Below, piece by piece: positions 25,030 through 36,981 of a stretch of 64,000 nt of DNA (position 1 is the stretch's first letter; each line of letters begins with the position of its first letter). The stretch covers positions 2,418,001 to 2,482,000 of the forward strand of contig JAUFOQ010000005.1 in the NCBI GenBank assembly GCA_040285855.1. Direction: 5' to 3'. This DNA is from Eukaryota sp. GEM-RC1. Taxonomy: Eukaryota. Both the position numbers and the translations under genes were made by a program. Under the pieces are notes generated by a model. That model ran no database searches, was not told where the DNA came from, and saw only the letters and a list, made by a program, of their open reading frames with translations.

Positions 25030-25457
25030 TTCAGTGCAAGCCATTAGAATTATCAAAAATTTATTATTATCAAAGTTAAATCAGCAATTAATTTTCTGTT
25101 CTTGACTCTGTGGATTTTTTTTCTCATTTTAGTGCAAGCCATTAGAATTATCAAAAATTTATTATTATCAAAGTTAAATCAGCAATTAATTTTCTGTTCT
25201 TGACTCTGTGGATTTTTTTTTCTCATTTTAGTGCAAGCCATTAGAATTATCAAAAATTTATTATTATCAAAGTTAAATCAGCAATTAATTTTCTGTTCTT
25301 GACTCTGTGGATTTTTTTTTCTCATTTTAGTGCAAGCCATTAGAATTATCAAAAATTTATTATTATCAAAGTTAAATCAGCAATTAATTTTCTGTTCTTG
25401 ACTCTGTGGATTTTTTTTTTCTCATTTTAGTGCAAGTCATTAGAATTATCAAAAATA
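25030..25457. repeat. 98-100 bp direct tandem repeat, 4 copies + partial
   Basis: AGTGCAAG at 25033, 25131, 25230, 25329, 25429; full units differ only in T-run length. Confidence 0.95.
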
Positions 25458-25602
25458 TATATTAAATTATTAATCTGTAAATCCATCATCTCATGGTTAA
25501 CTATAGTGGAGTATTTTTGACATAAATTTTGTATTTATTCCTATATTTTCGTCAATTAAGTATCTGGAAATATAATTTGCATATATATTGTGTTATTAAT
25601 AA

Positions 25603-25736
25603 AATGAAACTCAATTTTAAAGGTGGGATTTTAAGTCAACTAACATAAGCTTTTAATATATATAAATACAAATAGTTATATTTAATAAAGCAATGTTAGT
25701 TGACTTAAAATCCCACCTTTAAAATTGAGTTTCATT
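25603..25736. repeat. Perfect 44 bp inverted repeat with 46 bp AT-rich spacer
   Basis: 25603-25646 AATGAAACTCAATTTTAAAGGTGGGATTTTAAGTCAACTAACAT is the exact reverse complement of 25693-25736. Confidence 0.95.
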
Positions 25737-25773
25737 ATATAAATACAATACACTAATATCATTATATGATTGT

Positions 25774-26115
25774 TTGAATACAAAATCAATTAATGAACTT
25801 GAAAGATTCAAACAATATAATGTTGAATTAGTGAGTTTTTATAAAATGCGTCCAAGATTCGTTTATTGCTTACGATTGAAGTTTAAAGATGGAATTGGTA
25901 TAATTGAATTTATAGAAGATGTAGATATTAGTTGGGAAACGTGTGATGATGTTTATCGTAATAATTTAGTATTAAATGTGTGCGAAAATTTAGGTTTAGA
26001 TAAACTAAACATTAAAGAAATTCATTTATCCAAGGAGTTTTGTGATATTGCTAATATTCCCAAGATATTTGAAAACTTTAATTTGGAATTTATTTTAGAA
26101 AGTGAAAAAATGTAG
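25774..26115 (+). pseudogene. 5'-truncated member of the QHYGCVS family (C-terminal part)
   Basis: DGIGII...LDKLNIKEIHL resembles DGIITI...LDRIKIKEIHV at the end of the 26173 gene; no ATG or upstream motif. Confidence 0.45.
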
Positions 26116-26149
26116 TTTATAAATGGAATCAAATATTTTTAATTGGAAT

Positions 26150-26172
26150 AAAATGATTTTATTTTTTATAAA
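26150..26172 (+). promoter_or_regulatory. Example of the conserved upstream motif AAAATGATTTTATTTTTTATAAA-ATG
   Basis: Recurs before most genes on both strands (near 26889, 31068, 42601, 48611, 49619; as AAAATCATTTT near 33395, 52551, 53923, 59209). Confidence 0.8.
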
Positions 26173-26879
26173 ATGTTTTGTGAAACGTTATTCTATACAA
26201 TATTCAAACACATGAAGAATCAACATTATGGTTGTGTATCTGAAAAAACCTACAATATTTTCAAACTATATGGAAAACCAAGATATTTTGGTCATGGAAA
26301 ACATTGTCTTTTCCATTGGTATAATAATTCGTTGATAATAAATGATAATCCACATGATTGTTGCTTTAATGCAATTTGTATTGAATCTGAGAATTTAGAA
26401 AAATTATTACATTCAAACATAATTTGCGATCACATCATAATTGAAGGAAATTGGAGATCATTATCTTGTGAAAATGTTTTGTCCATACCATTTGATAGAC
26501 TTGAAAAAATAACTAATAATATATCAATGCACATATCTTCTTCTAATCTTGTAAAAGATTATCCAATTTTGATGAAAAATTAACATCATTAAAAATAGAT
26601 TTCGAATTATTCCTATATCAATCACCTGAAGAAAATATCTTTTCATATGTATTTAGAAAAGATGGAATCATCACAATATCTCCAGATGGGAATGCGGAAT
26701 GGATTTATTCTGTTTCTTGTGATATCTTAAGTCTTGTAGTGCATCTCGTTGATCTCGATCGTATAAAAATAAAAGAAATTCATGTCGTTCGTTATTTCGA
26801 TTTAATTAAAAAATATGGTTTGGAGTTTGTATCAGAAACTAAAAAATACAAAATATATAAATACAAACAACTCTTCATA
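26173..26879 (+). pseudogene. QHYGCVS-family protein (F-box-like N-terminus), frameshifted
   Basis: MFCETLFYTIFKHMKNQHYGCVSEK; continues in another frame after 26580. Confidence 0.6.
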
Positions 26880-26909
26880 ATCGGAATAAAATGATTTTAT
26901 TTTTATAAA

Positions 26910-27714
26910 ATGTATTGCGAAACTTTGTTGCACTGTATTTTCAAACACATGAAGAATCAACATTATGGTTGTGTGTCTAAAAGATTTAATAAAATTAGTG
27001 AAAAATATGGATTTGATGTGTCTTGCATATATGAGGATGGTGGTAGATATGCTAATCGTAATCATATATTAGATTATGAGTTGGTAAAATATAGATTGAC
27101 AAATCCTAATGATGAACGTTTCATTATAAGAATGGTAATCGACATAAAATATATTGAAGATATATTAAATTCAAATATAACTTGTGATTGCTTGATTATT
27201 GAAAATAATAATAGAATGTATTATAAAGATTTTGAATGATAAACTCAAAAGAGTGGCTAATAAAATTAAAGCATCTATATGGTCTGAAAATTTCAAAGAA
27301 TGTGAGACTTTGATAAGAAAATTAAAATCATTGAGAATAGATTTTGAATTAAATCTTCATGAATCCCCACGAAGATCTCATATGTATGACATGTATGATC
27401 CTGTTATATATGGTAAAAATGGAATTGTTACAATTTATATTAATCTATATCCACATACAATGATTGAAGATTGGATTTGTTATGGTCCTTATGATATCTT
27501 AGCATATGATGCATCTGCAGAATATGAAATAGATCTTGATTATATGGGAAATATTAAAGAAATTCACATATCATGTAGTCCTATCTATGATTTAGAATTG
27601 CGAGAATACAATCCTCAACTTGTATTAGAAATTAAAAGACATTCATTGTATAAATATAAAAATTTATGGATTGTGAAATATGGTAAATTCCGTAAATGTT
27701 ATCCTAATCATTAA
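26910..27714 (+). pseudogene. QHYGCVS-family protein, frameshifted
   Basis: MYCETLLHCIFKHMKNQHYGCVSKRFN; two overlapping ORFs; close paralog of 29578. Confidence 0.65.
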
Positions 27715-27736
27715 TAAATAATTTTTTTCTACAAAA

Positions 27737-28483
27737 ATGGACATTAATGAAAAAATAGAAATAGTCAATGATTTCCTTGAATATGTTGATAATGTAATTC
27801 CAATATTCAATGAATGCTCTGATGAATTAAAAAATAATGAAGAATTCTGCAAATTTGCAATGAAGAGGCGATGGGACTTTGATATGATGGGGGATATATT
27901 CATTCATTGTTCAGAAAGATTACGGAATGACCGAGCGTTTTGCACCCATGCTATAGATTGTCATGAAAGAATTAATGATATTCCTGCTGAATTAAAAGAT
28001 GATGAAAATTTTTGTAAGCACATGACCAGGAAACATCCCAGAAATTTTAGATTATGTTCTGAAAGATTGAAAAGTGATAAAGACTTTTGTTATTGGGTAA
28101 TTGATAATCATTCTCCATTATATAATCAATTTCTGTGTAAAGATCGGGATATAACACTCTATGCTGTAAAAAAATATGCACACAATTTCCCAGAATCACC
28201 TTTCACTGATGATGAAGAAATAGCAAAAATAGCACTTAGAGGATTTCGTTATATGTTCCAATATTGCTCTGATAGATTAAAAGATAAAACAGATTTTTGT
28301 GAATATGCTGTGAAAAAAACTTGGCATAGTTTTGAACATTGCTCTGATAGATTAAAAGATGATGAAGAATTTTGCAAATTTGCAATCAAACAACATTGGA
28401 AAATCCTAAGACAATGTTCCCCTCGTTTACAACAAGACAGAAATTTCATAAAATGGACAATGGAGCAACGATTCAGAAAATGA
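27737..28483 (+). CDS. DUF4116-like repeat protein
   Basis: Repeated CS(D/E)RLK(D/N)D.EFC..A(I/V)K units of ~25 aa. Confidence 0.8.
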   Translation: MDINEKIEIVNDFLEYVDNVIPIFNECSDELKNNEEFCKFAMKRRWDFDMMGDIFIHCSERLRNDRAFCTHAIDCHERINDIPAELKDDENFCKHMTRKHPRNFRLCSERLKSDKDFCYWVIDNHSPLYNQFLCKDRDITLYAVKKYAHNFPESPFTDDEEIAKIALRGFRYMFQYCSDRLKDKTDFCEYAVKKTWHSFEHCSDRLKDDEEFCKFAIKQHWKILRQCSPRLQQDRNFIKWTMEQRFRK

Positions 28484-28499
28484 TTAACTAACGATTAAA

Positions 28500-28818
28500 A
28501 TGGAAGCTTTTGAAGTAGATATCTACAAATGCATTTTCGAACATAATACCTATGTTAATTTAGCCATACTTTCCAAACAAGTCCGAGCAAATAAAGAATT
28601 AGTGATGATTGCAATTAAAAAAAATTGCCCAAACAATAATTTTGAAGCTTGTTATAGAATCATGGCCTAAAAGTTTTAGAGATTGTTCTGAGCGATTAAG
28701 AGATAATGAGGAATTTGCTAAATACGCTCTATCTCAAAAATATCCAATATACAAAATCCATTATCATGATGAGTTTTCCCATTATTTAATAAATGATAGA
28801 ATCACTGATATTGATTAA
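28500..28818 (+). pseudogene. DUF4116-like repeat protein, broken
   Basis: CSERLRDNEEFAKYAL repeat; frameshifted. Confidence 0.55.
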
Positions 28819-29489
28819 TTTTTTTTATGGCATCAACTTTTTTATCATCATTGAAGCAAGAAACATATACATTCTCAATAGGATGTTCATATTTTTTAAA
28901 AGAATCAATTGCACATTTCATCACTTTATCAATAGAATGTCGAAACACTCCACAACCAATGGGTGGTATTACCAAGTTTGTTATATTATAATCTTTACAA
29001 ATTTTGATGATCGTGGCAAATACGTCCATGTGTATGTCATCTGCCTGTTGTTGATTTTTCAATAATGACATTCGTTCACTATAAATAGATAATACATCAA
29101 CATTGAATGGTTCAATATAATTGAAATCTAAATCTCGGAAAAACAAAACATCCATTGTATAGATTCCCTTGGCTGTAATTGGAGATGTTATTCCTGTAGA
29201 CATTAATGCTTCGTGTAAATTACTTCTATAGATGAGTGAATCTTCTTGAGTCACACAACCATGCTTAGCTCTACCTCCGATATTTATCCTTGATGCCGAA
29301 TTAATCAATAAAGATTTACCAACACATTGTTGATAATCGTAAACACAATCATTCAGGGTGGGAATGATGTTTGGTAATTGATTTGATTTTAATGGTTGTT
29401 GATGTGAATGAATTAATAAGGCTTCTCCTTCATAAGGTCTTGGATTACGTCTGTCTTGATAATAGATTTTTACGTTGATGTTTATCCAT
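28802..29489 (-). CDS. Microbial-type PARG-like (TIGR02452/DUF2263-like macrodomain) protein with a divergent catalytic loop; one N-terminal frameshift
   Basis: NSASRINIGGRAKHGCVTQEDSL and IGCGVF; close paralog of 30387; ATG at 29489. Confidence 0.7.
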
Positions 29490-29577
29490 TTGTTCGAAAC
29501 TATTTATTCTATATGAAAAAATGAATAAATGCAAACTGGATAAACATCACAAGAAAAAGTGATTTTATTTTTTTAAA

Positions 29578-30343
29578 ATGTTCACTGAATCATTATTAAA
29601 AATTATTTTTAAATATATGAATACTCAACATTATGGTTGCGTATCTAATAAGTTTTATAAAATCTACGAAAAATACAGATTTATCACATCATATAAATAT
29701 GAAAATGGTGGTAGATATGATGTTTGTGATTATAAATGCATAAAGCGTAGATTAACAAATTCTGATAATAAGTGTTTTTTCCAAATCCATCAATGTTATG
29801 CTTGAGGATGTAGAAGATTTATTGGATTCGAATTTAAGTTGTGATCTTTTAATAATTAATGAATGTGATGAATACATAATCTCTTATCAAGAGTTTGAAT
29901 TATTACCTTTTAATAAAATCAAAAGATTACTAACAAAATTAAAGCATCTGTATATTCAGAATATCCTAAAAATGTGAATCTTTTATTAATAATTTAAAAT
30001 TATTAAAAATGGATTTTCATATAGAATTATATGAATCACCGCAAAGATCTTGGATCTATGATGCTCATAATCCTATTATTCATGGACATAATGGAATTAT
30101 TAGAATTTATATTGATCTATATCCACATTCAGAAATTGAAGATTGGATTTGTGATGGTCCTTATGACATCTTAGAATTCGAACCATCTGCTGAATATGAA
30201 ATAGATCTTGATTATATGGGGAATATTAAAGAAATATATCTTCATTATAGTACTTTGAAAGGACGTGAGTTAAAAAATATAATATTAAATATATAACAGG
30301 TTCATTATATAAATATAAAAATATATGGATTAAAACTTATTAA
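29578..30343 (+). pseudogene. QHYGCVS-family protein, several frameshifts
   Basis: MFTESLLKIIFKYMNTQHYGCVSNKF; shares EDWIC.GPYDIL...AEYEIDLDYMGNIKEI with the 26910 gene. Confidence 0.65.
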
Positions 30344-30386
30344 TGAATCTATTTTTTCTATAAAAAATGAATATATTTTAATAAAA

Positions 30387-31067
30387 ATGGATAGAGCTCA
30401 ACGTAAGAATATTTATGATTATGATAGACTTAATCCAAAACCTTATGAAGATGAAGCAATAATCATTAGAGCAAATGAACAAGATCAAAGATTAACAAGA
30501 TTGCCAAACATCATTCCTACCTTGAATGATTGTGTAGTTGATTATCAAAATTGTGTTGGAAAATCTTTATTGATAAACTCAGCATCAAGACTTAATATGG
30601 GTGGTGGTGCAAGAAATGGTGCAATTGCACAAGAAGAATCACTCATCTATAGAAGTAATTTATATGAAGCATTAGTATCAACTGGAATGAAATGTCCTCT
30701 TAGAAGAATCAAGGGAATATACACTCCAAATGTATTGTTTTTCAGAGATTTACATTATAGTGACATTGAGCCATTTAATGTTGACGTATTATCTATTTAT
30801 AGTACGCCAATTGGTAAATTAAAACCATATGAGGCATATGTTTTAAATATGGATATCTTTGGAACTATCATTTCTATATGCAAAGAATATGATGTGAAGA
30901 ATTTAGTAATGCCTCCTATTGGTTGTGGAGTCTTTAGACATCCTATCGAGAAAGTAATGAAATGCATGATTAAAACATTGCAAAAATATGAACATTCGAT
31001 TGAGAATGTATATGTGTCTTGTTTGAATGATGTTAGAAAGGTTAATGAAATTAAAAAGTTGTTATAA
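30387..31067 (+). CDS. Microbial-type PARG-like (TIGR02452/DUF2263-like macrodomain) protein
   Basis: NSAS..MGGGARNGAIAQEESL (GGG-x6-QEE) and IGCGVF. Confidence 0.82.
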   Translation: MDRAQRKNIYDYDRLNPKPYEDEAIIIRANEQDQRLTRLPNIIPTLNDCVVDYQNCVGKSLLINSASRLNMGGGARNGAIAQEESLIYRSNLYEALVSTGMKCPLRRIKGIYTPNVLFFRDLHYSDIEPFNVDVLSIYSTPIGKLKPYEAYVLNMDIFGTIISICKEYDVKNLVMPPIGCGVFRHPIEKVMKCMIKTLQKYEHSIENVYVSCLNDVRKVNEIKKLL

Positions 31068-31090
31068 AAAATGATTTTATTTTTTATAAA

Positions 31091-31165
31091 ATGTTTTGTG
31101 AGACATTATCACGTCTTATCCTTAAACATGCAAAATGTAAATGTTATGGCAATGTGTCAGTATAA
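31091..31165 (+). pseudogene. Isolated 5' end of a QHYGCVS-family gene
   Basis: Upstream motif + MFCETLSRLILKHAKCKCYGNVSV*. Confidence 0.6.
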
Positions 31166-31368
31166 GAATCAAAAAGATTTGGACATTTCTCTAATGCTAT
31201 ATCAAATAATTCATAATCAGTTAATGTTCCATACAAGACACTTTCTGGAGATAATTTGGTGATAGATGTGCAGAAATTTATATCAGTTTTTAATCTATTT
31301 GAACAATGTCTGATATTCTTCGGATTCTCTAGTATCATCTTTTGACAATAACTAGCATCATCCCACAT
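31144..31368 (-). pseudogene. DUF4116-like protein, 3'-truncated
   Basis: HCSNRLKTDINFC repeat; collides with the 31091 fragment. Confidence 0.55.
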
Positions 31369-31383
31369 TATCAAAAAATAAAA

Positions 31384-32148
31384 TCATTTTTTATACACAT
31401 AACCATAGTGTTTGGAATATCTATAACCACCCACTCGTTCTATAAATTCTCCATCAGACTGATTTGCAATCACATCATATTTTATATTTTGTTTAATATA
31501 TAATCCTGTTTCGAAATATTTGATTTTGTAATTTTCTATATATAATGTTACAGAGTCACAATAAATGAATTTTACAGTTTCATTGCCATATGTGATAATA
31601 GATTTAGTTGGAGAAATACCATTACCATTACTTATATACACTTTTAAATTTTTAATATAAGGCAATTCAATTGGTTTGATACTCCATATACTAAATTTGA
31701 GTGATTCTACATTAGCTGTCTTCAAAGCTTTGCAAAATGTTGCGTATCCATTATCAATATATCTATTAATAATATACGAACCAAACATGTTTACATTTTT
31801 ACAATCACAATAAATAATACCAGTTACTTCTAAAATTTTGGGATGAAAATTACTTGAAAGAAATTCATTGTAATTATCTGGGTGGATTTGTAATATTTCT
31901 AAATGAATAGATTTATATTGAGAAAAATATTTTTTCAATTCAAGATAGTTGTGATATTTATTCCAACAATAATGTTCATGTCTGATTTCTAATTCAAATA
32001 TGTCGTATTTTTTTCTTAAACAATAATCATTATTTAAAAATACAATTTCTTGATGCAATTAACTAAATTTATTTGAAACTCGTAATAGTTTATATTTTGT
32101 TTCTTGATTAGAGTAATCATATATTTCCGATACTAGTGAAAAGAACAT
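31384..32148 (-). pseudogene. F-box-like family protein with an in-frame stop
   Basis: MFFSLVSEIYDYSNQETKYKLLRVSNKFS*LHQEIVF; IELPYIKNL..YGNE motif. Confidence 0.6.
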
Positions 32149-32210
32149 TATATTAGAATAAATTCATTTTTATTATGCAGATTTAAAAAAGTTTAATTTT
32201 AATTAATAAA

Positions 32211-32772
32211 ATGACTTATATATTTACAATATTTTTTCTTGGCTTGATTGCAAGTCTAATTGTTTTTATATATATGCATGAGACTGAAGGTTCTGATTCT
32301 GATTCGAATGCCTGGGGATGATACTAATCCTCCATCAATATCTCCGCCACCTGAATCTCCACCACCAGAGGATGACACAACTCCCCCTCCAGTATATGAA
32401 TTCAAACCTGGTGAACTCGTAACTCAACATCCGCCTAATATCAAACTAAAACATGAAAATAAATGCGTATATAATGATGCAATAGGCACATGGAATTTGA
32501 ATGATATATATTTCCGAATATTTGCATTGCGAGATGGAATTTTGAGTTTCCAATTGAATTCCGGATTTAGGTTAATAGATTTTTACATGCTAAAAGATGA
32601 AGAGATTTCTGATGGACTATGGTCTGTTACATATATAACTACAATTCCAGAAACACCATCTGATAAAAGATTTATATTACGTGGTAGTAATATAGCTTGG
32701 GATGATTTATATTTATTATATAATACTGAAAGAAATAGGTTCCAATTAATAGATGGAAAAAAATTACCGTAG
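32211..32772 (+). CDS. Putative membrane-anchored protein with Pro-rich linker, frameshifted
   Basis: ATG 32211 MTYIFTIFFLGLIASLIVFIY, then PPSISPPPESPPPEDDTTPPP in another frame. Confidence 0.5.
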
Positions 32773-32794
32773 ATACTAAATTAGTAGACGTAGT

Positions 32795-33382
32795 TTATTT
32801 ATAATATAATCCCAATCCATCAATTTCTTCATCTATATTACTTTTTATTTTGAATTTTTCGTAATCAATACCGGGCCATGTATCATGACAAAATTCAATA
32901 AAATCTTTATCATTTTTCAAACGTTCTGAGCAATTACATAAATTCATCATTGATATTTTAATTACTTTTTTAGCAATATCCAAATCATCTCTTAATTTGC
33001 AACATGCGTAATTGTAGATATACGGAAAGGATTTATTTGATGCATCAAATTCTCGATCGATTGCAAACTCTACAACTTCTTTATTATCTTTTAATTCACA
33101 TAATGCAAACAATTTATAATTTCTATTAATATCATACATTACAATATCAAAATTATCTTTAAATTCACATTCTGCAAAGTATGATAAATTGATTTCAAGT
33201 ATTACTTTTATGAAATTTTCATCATGCATTAATTTATTACAATGTTTTAAATTGTTAATATTTTTTCTGACTGCAAATGATGCAAAATCTATATTATTTC
33301 TTATATGTTCTGGATATTTAGCAAAATTATCATACTTGCGCGATGTGAAGAATTTAATTAATGATGGGATTAAGCAATCCAT
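32795..33382 (-). CDS. DUF4116-like repeat protein
   Basis: CELKDNKEVVEFAI, CSERLKNDKDF. Confidence 0.72.
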   Translation of the reverse strand: MDCLIPSLIKFFTSRKYDNFAKYPEHIRNNIDFASFAVRKNINNLKHCNKLMHDENFIKVILEINLSYFAECEFKDNFDIVMYDINRNYKLFALCELKDNKEVVEFAIDREFDASNKSFPYIYNYACCKLRDDLDIAKKVIKISMMNLCNCSERLKNDKDFIEFCHDTWPGIDYEKFKIKSNIDEEIDGLGLYYK

Positions 33383-33463
33383 TTGTAAAAAATAAAATCA
33401 TTTTTTGTGTTGTGTGTGGTGTGTTATGTGTGATGTGTTGTGTAAAATAAATTAATAAACTCT

Positions 33464-34216
33464 TTATTCGATTTTAGTAATAATACATTCATCAATTTTT
33501 CCCTCATCATCATAAGAATCATTACTCCATTTTTCATAGTTTTTGATAGTTAACCAAAGTGCTGTCTCATATCTAATTTGCGCTTGTTGATTTCCATAGA
33601 TTACTGTCAGATTATGAACACCCATCATTGGTTGCTCAGGATGCATGTCACCAAGTCGGATTTTTAAATTTTCAACACAGGGTAAAGTAAAAGCACCCTC
33701 ATAAAAAGTATATTCAAATTCAAGTGATTTCAAATTCATTTTTACAATCTTCTCGTAGAATACATCATAGTCATCACCAATTGGTTGATAAAACAAAACA
33801 TCCATTTTCACATGTTTCAGTTTTGTGAAATCATCATCATGATTGAGACTAATTTTTTTTGGTTTCAAATTAGAAGCAAGAAAATCATCATAATCACTTT
33901 CATCCAAATGTAAAATATTCAGATTGATTGGCATGTGAAGTAACTGAGGAATTTGTTCTTTAAGAGAATTCATTCGAACTCTCCACCATTGAGCACGTAA
34001 GTCTTTGGCTTTTAAATGAAAACCACCACCACTTTTTTCGAAAACATGATATGAATCATTTTCAAAAACAGTCAATTGTTTGTGAAGTTCTTTGACTTTT
34101 GATCTAAGGAGACCAATTGCTTTCTTTTTTTGATAGGAGCAATGATCGTAGATTGGCATGATAAGACGATCATTAAGTTCGATTTTGACAAACTTGCGGG
34201 GAGTGAGTAATCGCAT
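33464..34216 (-). CDS. Hypothetical protein sharing the LP.(V/I)EN...YGN motif
   Basis: 250 aa ORF, upstream motif, TLPCVENLKI...IYGNQ. Confidence 0.7.
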   Translation of the reverse strand: MRLLTPRKFVKIELNDRLIMPIYDHCSYQKKKAIGLLRSKVKELHKQLTVFENDSYHVFEKSGGGFHLKAKDLRAQWWRVRMNSLKEQIPQLLHMPINLNILHLDESDYDDFLASNLKPKKISLNHDDDFTKLKHVKMDVLFYQPIGDDYDVFYEKIVKMNLKSLEFEYTFYEGAFTLPCVENLKIRLGDMHPEQPMMGVHNLTVIYGNQQAQIRYETALWLTIKNYEKWSNDSYDDEGKIDECIITKIE

Positions 34217-34239
34217 TTATATAAAAAATAATCATTTTT

Positions 34240-34982
34240 TTAAATTACACAATATACTGAATTCACTTTTGAAATGGATTCGACTTTATAGTTTTTTATA
34301 ATAATGTTTATATTACTACCATGTTCTTCGCATTTAAATGTTTTATTTCCATAGAATATATTCAATACTTTTTCATCAAAACTAATGAGTCCATTGATAT
34401 TTTTAATATATGGCAATTCGATTTCATCTTCAACATTATCGATAGCAAAATCAAATGTATCAAAATTAGCTTCTTCAATTCTTTTGAAATATTTTTTCGT
34501 ATATAATCCATAGGTCATTATAGATCCTTCCATTGTTATATAACCACATTTAGTTCTAACTTTTCCAAGTCATCTTCATAAAATGTATAAACTTTACTTG
34601 GAATTATATTGCTTTCTACGAATTCATCAATATTAATTCCTTCAATATCCATCATATCAACGATTCCCACATCTTCTGTGAATTCATATTTTTCTAAAAA
34701 TCTTTTCATATTATCATAATTATGGTTATGTTGTATGTGATCAGTGAAAAGAATAAAAAGTTTATAACCTTCTTCCTCTTTACGAATACAATAATTTTCG
34801 TCATGTATCACAATATCTCTAGGAGGCAATCCATATTTCTTTTTAATGACATCATTTGGATGTATTGGTTTTCGGAATTTGATGAATTTTTCATTGTTTT
34901 TGATTTTTTCAGGAAAATCATGATATTCACCAGTAATTCGACAAATACGATTATACAGATCAATTGCTAAATCTTCATCCAT
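34240..34982 (-). pseudogene. Hypothetical protein (same motif family), split
   Basis: Two adjacent ORFs; IELPYIKNI...FYGNK. Confidence 0.55.
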
Positions 34983-34997
34983 TTTTATAAAAAATAA

Positions 34998-36268
34998 TCA
35001 TTTTTTTATACATTGAATATATAACGTTTCGTAGTTTTCTTCTAGAATATATTGAAATTCTAAATTATCAAATTTTACAATTCTTTGTTTGTTATTTATT
35101 CGGGATTCTAAATTTGCAAAATCTTTTTCGTATATTCTGTTTGAGTGTTTATTACGATATAAAAACACATCATATTTATTATTATAACTAAATTCATAAT
35201 CATTTCGATCACATTTACATTTCTGTCCATTTCTTTTGAATGATTCACATTCACATTCGCTGTTTGTATCGTGTTCTCTAACATCTTTTATAATATCTTT
35301 AATATGCGTATTATGAAATGCTCTAAATTTTTTCATTTTCATAATACAAGAAAATTGGTAAAATTTATTAATAGAAATATGATGACCAGTAGTAGAAAAT
35401 TTAAAATATTTAATTTTCCAATTTTCAATAACTATACAAAATACATTTTTAAATAAGATATCAAAAGTTCATTATTATATCTAAGTTTAATATGTCCATA
35501 GATAGTATTATCGAAATTTGACATTCCTAAAATTGTTTGATTTCTTATATTTGGAATTTCAAATATTTCATATTTATTATCATACAATGTATATTCAAGA
35601 TATACAATTTCATAGTTTTTGGCTGTTAATGAAACATTAAACATATTTTTGATTTTTATTCTTTCATTACCATAGATTATCTCATCTATTCTTGGATATA
35701 ATCCTAAATAACTTCCATACAAAAATATTTTAAAGTTATTGATATATGGTATATTAATAATCTTTGATTTTCCGTGTATTTTTTCGTGGTCATAATAATA
35801 TTCTAAAAATTCAACATTTGGATAATCAAATGGTTCAGTTGTTATAATGATTAAATGCTTTATAGGAATTTCAATGTTTAAGTTTTCATATGTGAATAAT
35901 GTATTATATATTATTTTACTTTTAATAAAATCAGTATTTTTCACTAACAATTTATCAACATGAGTTCTTTTGTTTTTATAATATTCTGGTATTAAATCAT
36001 ATATAACACAACCTATTTTAAAAGAAGATTCCAATGTGTCTTCATAAGAACTTTGAAAAACTTTTTGTTTATGAAATATTGAATAATCATTATTATTTAA
36101 ATGTATATCATAATCATAATCAAAACTTTCTTGGATATAGAAATATATATATGAAAATACAATTTTCTTACGCAAGAATTTAAACTTATCAATCCAGGAT
36201 AAATATAATTTAGTTTCTTTGTTACAATTAATATATATTTGATAAATCAAAGAATCAGTGAAATTCAT
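34998..36268 (-). CDS. F-box-like family protein, frameshifted near 35435
   Basis: MNFTDSLIYQIYINCNKETKLYLSWIDKF; family motif IENWKIKYF continues in the frame of the 34998 ORF. Confidence 0.6.
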
Positions 36269-36270
36269 TA

Positions 36271-36981
36271 TTAAAAAATAAAATCATTTTTTTTTGATTT
36301 AAAATTATTATATTTAATCAATATCTCTCCAATAAACATAACCATCATCAAATGATAAATTATTTCCATCATGAATAATTGTACCATCTTCTTTTGAGCA
36401 CATGTCCAATATATAAATTCATTAAATAAATCATATTTGTTTCCTGGATTTTTCCATACACTTTCTTCTCTTGAATAAAAATATTTAAATTTACCATTAT
36501 GTATATAAATTTTACCAATGCACTCGAAATCAAACCATAGAATTTCTTCTTTATATTTCACTTCAATATTATCAGAAAAATCATCATCACCATTTAATCG
36601 TTGAAGTATTAAATATAATATCTAAATTAGGATTATTAGGCAAATCTATACATTCGTAGATATTATAATTCCCAAATGTGAATTCTAAATAATTGATATT
36701 TTTAGTATTTTTACATATTCTTCATCAGATCTAATTGGTGATATTATTCTTAATTTCTTGGCAATATCAATAATTTCATCAGGAACATTTAACACAATAA
36801 GTTCGTCAAAGTTGAGTTTTATTTCTTTGATTTCTTTATTTGATAGACAAACAATATTTAAACTTTTTATTTTTAAATTCATTAAAAGATGTTCTGGTAA
36901 AATATCACTTATCGATAAATATTTATAACAACATTTCATTTTGTTAACAATTATTTCATTATCAATTATTGTTACTTTCAA
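36271..36981 (-). pseudogene. Headless body of a QHYGCVS-family-like gene
   Basis: NEIIVNKMKCCYKYLSISD resembles NSLIINDNPHDCCFNAICIES of the 26173 gene; no ATG or upstream motif. Confidence 0.45.

Noticed and set aside
25030..25457. 99 bp repeat as a 33 aa coding repeat
   Set aside because: Unit length varies 98-100 and the minus-strand frames I translated contain stops
27664..28449. Short antisense ORFs (e.g. 27664, 28249, 33189, 40503, 41635, 43694, 63316)
   Set aside because: Shadows of better-supported genes on the opposite strand, with no upstream motif
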